Below, piece by piece: positions 1-26,576 of a DNA stretch of 64,000 bases; positions within the stretch are counted from its first letter, which is position 1; each line of letters starts with the position of its first letter. A model generated the notes under the pieces. It did no database searches. It was not told where the DNA came from and saw only the letters and a program-made list of their open reading frames with translations. The position numbers and the translations under genes were made by a program. The stretch lies in assembly GCF_009914755.1 (NCBI RefSeq), contig NC_060925.1; one strand, given 5' to 3'. The stretch comes from the human T2T-CHM13v2.0 reference genome, Homo sapiens.

Positions 1-64
1 GGTGATCAACCTGCCTCAGCCTCCCAAAGTGCTGGGATTACAGGCATGAGCCACCATGCCTGGC

Positions 65-528
65 ATATTGACAGTTCTTAACAATTGAGTAAAACTCCTG
101 TGAACAAAATTTAAAGGATGTTTGTTTCCCTCTACCTCATTTCTCCAAAATCTGGAAACCAGATGATACAATTGGAGAAACTGGTTATTTTACCAAGGCT
201 TTGATTGGAATGGAGTGCTTTCTATTAAGGAACCAAACTTGGCTTAGAGAGCCAATAAAAGCCCCTTGGGAAAACTGGCCTCATACCTTTTCCACAAAGT
301 CCCTGTATAGGGTTCCTGACCCGTGATATCACCTTTTGTCAGAACTATGAATGGCCCTTACCATACTGACACTTTCTGACTGATCTCTTCTCTACCTTGG
401 ATACAAGAGACCCTAATAGGCAGGAATATCATCACCGCTATTCAACCTGAAGAAATTACTAAAGATGGATCTTCATCCCTGTTTACCCCTAAGGATTAAG
501 GGTTCTCTTATAAAAGGGAGGGGGAAAA
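65..528 (+). mobile_element. MER41/MER4-group ERV1 internal sequence, 3' part, ending in the polypurine tract
   Basis: Recognisable MER4-group internal motifs. AAAAGGGAGGGGGAAAA lies directly before the LTR's initial TG. Confidence 0.75.
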
Positions 529-1049
529 TGTCAGAAGCGTTTAAACCAGAGCGACTCCATCTTGTATAGAGGTTGGGTAAAATTAGGCTGAGATCTGCTG
601 GGTTGCATTCCCAATAGGTTAGGCATTCTTAGTTACAGGATAAGACAGGAGGTTGGCACAAAATACAGGTCATAAAGACCTTGCTGACAAAACAGGCTGC
701 AGTAAAGACGCTAGCCAAAACCCATCAAAACTAAGATGGCAACGAGAGTGACATCTGGGCGTCCTCACTACTACACTCCCATCAGTGCCATGACAGTTAA
801 CAAACACTATGGCAACGTCAGAAAGTTACTCTATATGGTCTAAAAAGTGGAGGAACCCTTAGGTCTGCGAATTGTCCACCACTTTCCCAGAAAACTCATG
901 CATAATCCAACCCGTGTTTAGCATATAATCTATAAAGAACCATAAAGATGGGCAACCAGCAGCCCTCGGGGCTGCTCTGTTTATGGAATAGCCTTTCTTT
1001 TCTTTTATTCCTTTACTTTCTTAATAAACTTCCTTTCACTTAAAAAAAA
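529..1049 (+). mobile_element. MER41 (B-like) LTR, U3-R only, ending in poly(A)
   Basis: Starts TGTCAGAAGCGTTTAAACCAGAGCGACTCCATCTT. AATAAA at 1023-1028, A8 at 1042-1049, and no U5. Confidence 0.88.
884..892. promoter_or_regulatory. GAS (STAT) motif TTCCCAGAA in the MER41 LTR
   Basis: Matches TTCNNNGAA in the MER41B-type segment. The paired upstream site (863-871, GTCTGCGAA) is degenerate. Confidence 0.45.
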
Positions 1050-4064
<3,015 letters not shown>

Positions 4065-4304
4065 CAAAGTTGTTCATACTATCCTCATATTATCTTTTTA
4101 AAATTATTTTTTAGGTGTGACTTTTTTCCTTCTCAATTAGATGCTAATCTATTTGAGGGGAAGGGACCTCCAGATTCACTTTTTTTATTTCTCTTTGTGA
4201 GAAATGCACCAGGTATTTAATAAGCATGCAGTAGAGTGGCTGAATGAACTGATATGAGATGATCCATGTAACACAGTGCCTAGCACATAGTAAGAACTCA
4301 ATAA

Positions 4305-4538
<234 letters not shown>

Positions 4539-5045
4539 TGACCTCGTGATCCGCCCACCTTGGCCTCCCAAAGTGCTGGGATTACAGGCATGAGCCAACA
4601 CACCCGGCCTATTATCATTATTTTTTGTTTTTGATTTTTTCTTGCTATGTTGCCCAGACTGGCCTGAAACTCCTGGGCTCAAGTGATCCTCTCACCTCAA
4701 CCTCTCAAATAGCTGGGACTACAGGTGTGTACCACCACCCTGGCTATCATCATCATCATTATTATATTTTTCTAGGACATAGATCCTGAAACTACTTGCA
4801 TGCCAAACAAAAAAACCAAAAAAGCAAAACAAAAAAACAGAACACAAATAAAAACAAAAATATCTGTCTGGGAGTGAGAAGTTAGGGTGAAAACGAAGCA
4901 GCTTACTCTGCCCGTGGGATCTGGGGTAATGGGGAACAGCCTGAGCTGCTTTGTGTAAGCTGACTGACACTGGAAAGATCAATCCCTTGCTGCACTCAAT
5001 GCTTATTCTGCTGGATTCTTGTCTTCACCTTCTTTTGCTTCCTTA

Positions 5046-5300
<255 letters not shown>

Positions 5301-5306
5301 TCATCA

Positions 5307-5552
<246 letters not shown>

Positions 5553-5792
5553 TCAACTTACATGATACATACCTTGATGCATCCATTTTTAAATTTTACA
5601 AACATTTAAAAATGAATACATGAAATCAATTTTTATTTAATAAAAGTACCCGAATCACTAAGATTAAAATAATAAATGTCAAAAATTAATAATATTCAGA
5701 ATTTCCAAGTCGGGCTGCAAATCCTGAATGCTTCTTGTAAATGATTAAGCTAACTGTCCACTCAGCATCCTGGGTAAACATTATCATATTTA

Positions 5793-8923
<3,131 letters not shown>

Positions 8924-10185
8924 TTAAAGTACTTTCAGAGTAATCTGACTTACTCTAAACAAAAATACCACCACGATTCTAAAGGGCACACGGCACACAG
9001 TGTCAAATCATGTAAATAGGAGCAGAGAAAGTATCGACTGGATTATTCTTCAATTTAAGATAATCAGCTTCAGCTGTAAAGAAGACAGTGCCTTAACATC
9101 AAATTCAACCACCTTTACTCTTCCGTTTGCTGACTTCTTTGGTACATGAATATTATTGAATACCCCTCTTGAAATGCCTTCCTTTTTTGGCTTTCCTCAT
9201 TTTTTATGATACTGGATTTCCCACCTTGCCAATACCAATTCCTGTCTTTTCTGGTAGAAATCCTTTTTTCCTCTACCATATTCCTTTTTCTAGAGAGCTG
9301 ATCTATAATCATGGCTTCAAATGTAACCTCTAGTTCATAATATTCCACACCTATATTTTCTTCTTTTCTTTTTTTGACACAGGGTCTCACTCTGTCACCC
9401 AGCCTGGAGTACAGTGGCGTGATCACAGCTTACTGTAGCCTCAACCTCCAGGCTCAAGCGATCCTCCCACCTCAGCCTCCCAAGTAGCTGGGACTGCAGG
9501 CATGCACCACTATGCCTGCTAACTTTTGTATTTTTTGTAGAGGTGGGGTTTTGCCATGTTGCCCAGGCTGGTCTCAAACTCCTGACCTCAAGTGATCTGC
9601 CTACCTCAGCCTCCCAAAGTGTTGGGATTACAGACGTGAGCCACTGTGCTTGGCTGGCACCAAGTATTTTCATAATACCTAATAACACATACTATAAACT
9701 GCATCCGGATTTAAAAAAACCCTGAAGTATAAATAAAAGAGTGCTCAGATAAGAGAGATTTAAATTTTAAAAGATTTCTTCCAGGGAACAATCATTCAGA
9801 GGTTACTGAAAATTTGTAGTTTCTAGAGTTCAAGGCATTGAAATATATTCCCCATTTGTTTTGACAACCAGAATAAGTCCTTAAATTATATAAAACCAAA
9901 ACATGTTTCTATTTGTTGTGTCTGGAAACCAAACTAAATTTACCAAAATCTGAAATTAGATGCTGTAAACTACAATGTGAGGTCTTTGATTTAGTACAAT
10001 TTGTCATTATCTTTAGCCAGATAATGCCCTTGAAAAACGAGAGTTGGGCTGGATGCAGTGGCTCACACCTGTAATCCCAGCACTTTGGGAGGCTGAGGCA
10101 AGAGGATCACCTGAGGTCAGGAGTTCGAGACCAGCGTGGTCAACATGGCAAAACCCTGTCTCTACTAAAAATACAAAAATTATTA

Positions 10186-10338
<153 letters not shown>

Positions 10339-11033
10339 TCAAAAAAAAAAAAGAAAAATGAGACAGTCGCACCCCAGCCAGCTACTAAACGTAGATCTAG
10401 GTTGTCCTTCATATAGTGAGATTTAAGGGTTCAGGACCGGCCTCGGCTAAGTATCGAGATCCCGTCTCTACTTTAAAAATAAATAAAATAAATAAATTAG
10501 CCAGGCGTGGTGACACGCGTCTTTAGTCTCAGCTACTCAGGAGGCTAACATGGGAGGATTGCTTGAGTCCGGAAGGTAGAAGTTGTAGTGAGCTGTGATG
10601 GCGACACTGCACTCCAGCCTGGGCAACAGAGTGATATCCTGTGTCATAAATAAATAAAAATACTGAGCTTGTGGACCACACTGTTTAATAAAAGTGTGCA
10701 TTTAAAATATTTGTGAGTAAAGAAAATCAGTATGCAAAACACTATGTGAACCTGTATGTACATAAAATGATAAGGTGTGAATTTACAGTGATGCAGGTAA
10801 GGTAGAATTTCCCAACTGGCATGCTGAAGCAGGAAGAACTAAAACATTGATTCCCTTCAGACCACATGGACAGCTGACTAGAGATCAAAGAAGCTACTTT
10901 TGGCCATGAGAACTATCCAGAACAGGAAATACTGATGTAAAATTCACTGATTCTTTTTTATTTTGCTGCACATGTGCATTGTTACTAAAACAACAAATTC
11001 TATATCCACTCCTTTGTCTATTAGACATTTCTA

Positions 11034-11776
<743 letters not shown>

Positions 11777-12284
11777 TAGATTCCACACTTTATTTTCAGA
11801 GAGAGAATATATCCCCATATGAAGAGCATATCCCCTATATGCCGATGGTTTATCAACATACTTTTCTTCTAAAATATATTATGCCCTTCCTCTTCACTCT
11901 CACTGCCACTGTCCTATTCTGCTTCCTCATTGTGGCAACCATATATTGAGAGCTAGGAAGGTACCTAGGACTGTGCTTAATGTTTTATGAGCTGGGCACA
12001 GTATCACATACCTATAGTTCCAGCTACTCAGGAGGTTGAGGTAGGAGGACTACTTGAGCCCAGGAGTTTGAATCCAGCCTGGGCAACACAGTGAGACCCT
12101 ATCTCTAAAAAAAACAAAACAAAACAAAACAAAAACCCCAAAACAAGAAAGCCAAAACTTCACAAACATTGTTTATCAACAGTCTCATATAATCTCCACA
12201 AACCCTCCATAGAGAAGGTAAGGTATTACTTTTATTAGATGCATTAAATAACTTTTCTCAGGTCTCATAAATAGTAAAAGGATT

Positions 12285-12650
<366 letters not shown>

Positions 12651-12822
12651 CTAAATCTCATTCATTTTCTGTTTCTGTATTCCGCCCACCCATTATGGTT
12701 TATATATCTTTGTGCAACTTCTTGAAAAAAATCAAAGAGCCTATTTAACTGTACCCTCCAAAGGAAGTGTTGTATGTATACCTTAAAGCCTATGCTTTAG
12801 AGAAATCAAAGCATGACAGTAC

Positions 12823-12931
12823 CTATTGAGGCAGTCATCAACACAGCCCTTCCTGGTGTCATCATCTGGCTTCTTACAGTTACAGGTGGTAGCTTCGTAA
12901 CCAGAAAGGGGTTTGACATCAACGTAGACAT
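12823..12931 (-). CDS. ASH1L: ASH1L coding exon (~exon 10), 109 nt, [36 protein letters not shown](R); start of AWS domain
   Basis: Acceptor ttcttttcaag|ATGT (AAG type, after a 113-nt intron) and donor AATAG|gtac. Cys-rich AWS pattern. Confidence 0.97.
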
Positions 12932-13044
12932 CTTGAAAAGAAAGCAAAGAATAGTTTGTGAACATACAGGATAATTTTTCAAGTGCTAGGCTCAGAAGAA
13001 CATTAACGTATAGAGGCAGAAAAAATAGCTCCTAAGTTACTCAC

Positions 13045-13090
13045 TTGAACGAATTTTCTTATATAGTGGGACATCTGGCTTTTTGTATAG
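13045..13090 (-). CDS. ASH1L: ASH1L coding exon (~exon 9), 46 nt, LYKKPDVPLYKKIRS
   Basis: Acceptor tttcttctag|CTAT and donor TTCAA|gtgagt. Length 15x3+1 nt. Confidence 0.97.
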
Positions 13091-14584
13091 CTAGAAGAAA
13101 AGAAGAAAAATCTTGATATAGCATTTAACTTCAAATGCCAGACGGCAGCATCAATCACTAAAAATACAGGAAATTTTCTATGTGCTCTGCTCATCTGGAA
13201 ATATTTACAAGACATTTTGGGTTGGATACATTTGAGGGAAACTCTTGGTGTGATCTCTTTTTACTCTGAAATAAAAGGTGAGAGAATAAGATTCAACAGA
13301 AGAAGCACTAAATAGTTTATACAAGTGGAATTACATGTTTCTTCAGCATGTTGTTGGATAGACTTAAATGAAAATCACACTGGAGACCAAAGCTATTCAT
13401 TTGGACAAATTAAGATTCTATTTGCTTCTATCAAAAGAAAGGAAAACAACATGCATAGGACTTACTTAGATGTCTGGGTGGGTACATGAAATTAAAAAGA
13501 TGAGTACCCTGGCTTTTCAGGTTGAGAATTATAGGAAAACATTTCAAATTTTAATTAAGGCAATTAATTTAGTGAATAAAGGAGAGAGGGCAGGCAGGCA
13601 AAATGGAGCTCTCACATTATAATCAAGAAGATATTAGAAAGAAAAAAAAAAAGAATGCATTAGAAGAGAGGCAGTCTTCCAGCATTTTGCCATAAGGGAC
13701 TGTACAAAACAAACAGCAACTTGCACAAAGCTAGACTGTTTATTAATATATTGGAATAATCCCACCATTATTTTCTAGTCAGTATGTTCAAAGCATTCTC
13801 TCCTTCATTGTTAAAAACTCTGAGACAAATACCTAACATATTAATACTCTCAGAATTCAAGAGAGGCCATTGGAGAAGACAACGCAGAGGGGAATGTCAA
13901 TTTTGGCTTTCCAAAATAAACCTTTGGTGGCATTTTGGCAGAACTCAAGAAATCTATTCACCTCAATTGCATGACTATTTCTATTTCCCAATGGTTGTTC
14001 TCAATATGAGACCTGGGGGCTATAAGCTAATACAAAAATCACTACGGGAAACTTTTCAATTTGGGAAGCAAGAGAAAAAACACGGCATCTTCCTGTTTTT
14101 AGTTACCAATATATTTAAAGATTTTTTAAAAGTGCAAGAGTGTTAAACATTTCCCTGCTTCCTTTGATAGAAGAATCTCTTTTGCATGTGAAAAATAAAT
14201 TTCAAACTGATAAGAAGGAGCCAACAAAAATAAAGTCTGAAATTTCTTAGTGCTGCTGGCAGTACATCTAAATTCTCCTGAGACCTGCATCAAATAGAAT
14301 TCTTACAGAACAAAATCTTTGCTACCAAAATAAAAGTCCAGAATAACAACAGAAGGTTGCCTAGGAAAGCAGGAACTTACTGCTATTTTGCAGTAAGAGT
14401 AAAGGCAAATAGGTCACATTAAAGATGGATGCAAATTCATTTTTCTTAGTCCTAACCTTCACAGGGACACTTCTGAAAACCTCCTAAGATGAAAACATAA
14501 CAAGGGGAGAGAAAAACACTTGCATTTCCACCCCTCCCCCTTTACCACTTAAGAATGAAACCTGGTAAAACAGGCTCTCTGTAC

Positions 14585-14658
14585 CTGATTGTGTTTCCAC
14601 TGCCAAAGGATATCATAAGGAAGCTGGAAGTCAATTCTCTTTTGTCTTAGATACTTTC
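14585..14658 (-). CDS. ASH1L: ASH1L coding exon (~exon 8), 74 nt, [25 protein letters not shown]; contains the FQLP MRG15-binding motif
   Basis: Acceptor tttgtttcag|GAAAG and donor AATCAG|gtac. Length 2+24x3 nt. Confidence 0.97.
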
Positions 14659-14673
14659 CTGAAACAAAAAACA
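14659..14673 (-). CDS. ASH1L: Alternative 15-nt 5' extension of the 14585-14658 exon, adding VFFVS
   Basis: Upstream acceptor attaatag|TGTTTTTTGTTTCAG is in frame and gives [12 protein letters not shown]. This matches my recollection of the longer ASH1L isoform. Confidence 0.75.
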
Positions 14674-15147
14674 CTATTAATTTCAATACCTTTTCTAATA
14701 TTTGCTTATACAAAGGTGTCAAACAGCTACAAGAACTAACATGTACTGACTAAAAAAATAAAGATTTAATTCTTTAAGGATTTTTCCATCACCAATTTTT
14801 AATTTTAGCTCTTCTTTCCCACTATACTCCACACGATATATGCCGAAGATATATTTTAAGTATAATAGTCTACATAAAACAACAAATACAGCAAAACTAC
14901 AACCAAAAACACACAGGTCATTATGAAGCTTATTAAATATTTTATTATTATTAAAAATTATTAAGGGTACAGCATCTGGCACCTGCTCTTCATTATTACA
15001 CATAACCTAAGGTTGATTACAAAAAGGAGAAATTCTTGTGTTTAAATAACTCGAGAAGTTTTCCAGGCAAATTTATGATCTTTTAACATTTTTTCCTACC
15101 TATTGAAATAGTATTTTTGTTTGATTTTTTTGTTTTTGTCTTATATA

Positions 15148-18500
<3,353 letters not shown>

Positions 18501-20518
18501 ATGTAATATATCAAAAACTATAGTCTATTTTAAAAGAGTAAATTGGATGGTCTGTGAATTGTATCTTAATAAAGTTGCTAAAACAATACAGCAGTGTTAA
18601 AACTTTTTGCTTCAATGATTAAACGTAACTTAGAAAAAACTCAAGAGAAGGAAAGCCTATTGTATATATCCATGTTTTTGCTTACTGTATTCTTCCTTCC
18701 TAATGTTCCAAAGTGTCTTTTTTTTAAAATTGTTTCCTTTCTGTTCACAGAACTTGCTTTACTCATAGGGTACATCTGCTGGCAACAAACTCTCTTAGTT
18801 TTCCTTAATCTAAGAATGCCTTCATTTCTTCTTAATTCCTGACAGATATTTTCATTGGTTAGAAGATTCGGAGTTGACAATTCTTTGCTTTTAGGATGTG
18901 AAAAATGCTGTATCACTTCCATTTGGCCTCCATAGATTCAGATGAGAAATCTACTGTCATTTGAATTGTTTTATCCTTATAGGTAAGGGTAATTTCTCTG
19001 TCATTGCTTTAAAATTGGTGTGGTTTTTTTTTGTTTTTTTTATTTTTTCTGAGATTCGTTCTCCTGAGTAGTTGGGATGACAAGCATTTGCCAACCATGC
19101 CTGGCTAATTTTTTTTGTATTTTTTGTAGAGACAGGGTTTCACCATGTTGCTCAGGGTGGTCTCAAACTTCTGAGCTCAAGCAATCAGCCTCCCAAGGTA
19201 TTTGGTATTACAGGAGCAACCTATCTCGCCCAGCCTAAAATTGTTTTGTTAGTGTACTGAAATGTGATTATGTGTCTCGGCATATATTTGTTTGAGTTTA
19301 TCCTGTTCGGAGTCTGCTAATCTTCTTGAATACAGAGATTTCTGTCTCCTGCCAAATTTGGTAAGTTTCCAGTTGTTATTTACTAAGGTGCTTTTCATCT
19401 ATGCCCTTTTTTTTCCCTCCTTCCATGACTCCGATAACACAAATTTGCTTTTTTTGTCATATTCTCACAAGCTCCTCAGTCTTTCTGTTTTTAATTCTAT
19501 TTTCTATGTTGTTGTATACGCTGAGTAATATGTATTATTCTATCTTCTAGTGCATAGATTATTTCCTCTGTCCCATTCATTCTGCTGTTAAGTCTATCTC
19601 TGAATGTATTTTTTTTTTCTGGTTCAATTTCTCTCATAAAAGCTCTGAACTTTTTATTTCAATTACTGAGTCAGTTATAAAAATTCTAATTTAAAAAAAT
19701 TATTGGCCAGGTGCAGTGGCTCACGCCTGTAAACCCAGCACTTTGGGAGGTGAGGCGGGCAGATCACTTGAGGTCAGGAGTTCCAGACCAGTCTGGCCAA
19801 CGTGGTAAAACCCCGTCTTTACTAAAAATACAAAAATTAGCCAGGTATGGTGGCACATGCCTGTAACTCCAGCTACTCGGGAGGCTGAGGCAGGAGAAAT
19901 CACTTGAACCTGGGAGGTAGAGGCTACGGTGGGCAGAGATTGTGCCACTGCACTCCAGACTGGGCAACAGAGCAAGAACCTGTCTCAAAAAATTAAAATA
20001 ATAAATAAAATAAAATATGAAAAATTATCTTCTTCTATTTCTTGATTTGTTTCAAGCATGTTCACAATTGCTCACTAAGGCATTTTTATCAAGACTGCTT
20101 TAAAAATCTGCCAGATAATTCTAATGTCTTGGTGTGGACATAAATTGTCTTCCCAAAGTGCTGGGATTTCAAGGCATGAGCCACCATGCTTGGCAAATAA
20201 CATATGATTTTAAATTCAAAGTTAAACACTTTTGTAGTAGTATAAGGTTCTAGATTTTATGAAATTTGTATTTTAGCTGGCTTTTTCTGAAACTGCTCCA
20301 GCAGAAAAGGGATAAAGCTGCCTCATTACTGCCAGCTGTAAGTAAAAGACCAAGTTGCCTACTAGGCCTCCACTGAAACCTGAGTGTTGGGGGATGGGGA
20401 AGCTCCCCATTACTGCTAGGGAATGGTTAGAATTCCAATTTCCCAAGGGGTCTCCACTGACATTGTGGTGGGGTAGTTATGTTACTGCTAGGTGTTGGTA
20501 AAAGTCTGACTCGGCTAG

Positions 20519-22575
<2,057 letters not shown>

Positions 22576-22627
22576 CTTAAGCAAACACTCCCCAGTGGGT
22601 GTTTGCTGGTGTAAGTTTGAGAGAGGT

Positions 22628-23927
<1,300 letters not shown>

Positions 23928-23996
23928 AAAAGAGGCTAGGCGCGGTGGCTCATGCCTGTAATCCCAGCACTTTGGAAGGACGAGGTGGGTGGATCA

Positions 23997-24248
<252 letters not shown>

Positions 24249-25162
24249 CTATATGCAGGTTTTTCTTTTCAATAGATATGTTTTCAAATTATTTGAGAAA
24301 ATACCAAGGAGCATGACTGCCACATCAAATGTTCAGAGTATATTAAGTTTTATAAGAATACAATTGATTTTTTAATACTGATGATTTTCCAGTAACCTTG
24401 CTGCTACTACTACCAGTAGCTTTTTTTTTTTTTTTTTGGTGTGGATCTCTTTGGATTTTTTTTTTATATAAACAATCATGTCATCTATAAACAGAAACAG
24501 TTTCATTTCTTCCTTCCTGATCATTATGATGACTCTTACTCATCTTCTTGACTTAATACACTGCCTAGAACATCCATGTAATGCTGAGTCAGAGTGGACA
24601 ACTCTATCTTCTTCCCAATCTTAGGAGGAAACATTCAACATTTCACCATTAAGAATGATATTAGGCCAGGTGTGGTGGCTTACCAGTATCCAAAATAAAA
24701 AAAGTTGATCTCACTATAGGTCCTAGACTCATTAAGAGACTAATAAGGGAATGTTATAAATAATGTTATGCCAGTATCTTTAATAATTTAGATAAAATGG
24801 ACAAATTCCTTTAGAAATACAACGTATCAAAACTGAGTCAAGATGAACATCTGAATAGTCTAGATCTTTTAAATAAATTGAGTACCTTACCATATTATTC
24901 ACATAAAAAATTTCAGTTCTAAATGGCTTCCCTAGTGAAGTCTGGTATATGTTTGAGAAAGAAGTAATACCAGTCTTCCAGAAAACAGAGGAGGAAAATA
25001 ATTTTCCAACTCATTTAATGAAGCTAGTGTATGCCTAATACAAAACTTGACAAAGACTTTAAAAGAAAAAACAACTATAGAACAAAATTAATTCTAAAGA
25101 CTTCTGCAGAAAGCTCTCAGAACTAAAAAGGAATTTCCTTATCTTATTAAAGATATCTGTAG

Positions 25163-25491
<329 letters not shown>

Positions 25492-26303
25492 TGTGTTTTT
25501 TTTTTTTGAGACGGAGTCTTGCTCTGTTGCCCAGGCTGGAGTACAGTGGCGCAATCTCTGCTCACTGTAACCTCTGCCTCCTGGGTTCAAGCGATTGTCC
25601 TGCCTCAGCCTCCTGAGTAGCTGGGAATACAAGTGCATGCCACCACACCTGGCTAATTTTTGTATTTTTGGCAGAGATGGGGTTTTGCCATGTTGGCCAG
25701 GCTGGTCTCGAACTCCTGACCTCAGGTGATCCACCTGCCTCAGCCTCCCAAAGTGCTGGCATTACAGGTGTGAACCATCACACCTGGCTGACAATTTATA
25801 TTCATATACTTTCAAGTTCAACTGACACTTCTGCCATCTTCAATCTGTTATTAAACCTACATTTTGTGTTTTAAAATCAGACATATATGTTTTAGTTCTG
25901 GGACTTTCATTTGCTATTGTTCATTTTAAAATTTTTATGTTTCCATTTTTAAGATTTATCTGCTTGTTCATTATAAGCATATTTTCCTTTACATCCTTGA
26001 ACACAGTTATAACAATGACTTTAAAATCCTTGTCTGCTATTTTCAGCATCTGGATGACCTTGGAAATTGTCAGTGTTGACTGCCTTCTCTCTTAATATGA
26101 ATTATATTTTCATGTTTATTAACGTCCAGTAATTTTGGATTGAATTATGGACATTATAAGTAATACGTTACAGAGATTCTCAATTGTGTTATTATCCTAT
26201 GAAAATAACTGGTTTCGGCCGGGCACAGTGGCTCATGCCTGTAATCCCAGCACTTTGGGAGGCTGAGGTGGGCAAACTGCTTGAACTCAAGAGTTTGAGA
26301 CTA

Positions 26304-26576
<273 letters not shown>

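Noticed and set aside
13784-14146. 120-aa non-repeat ORF on the plus strand within the repeat-free intron
   Set aside because: No recognisable homology, promoter or splice context. Its length is borderline, and the region is better explained by minus-strand RNA elements.
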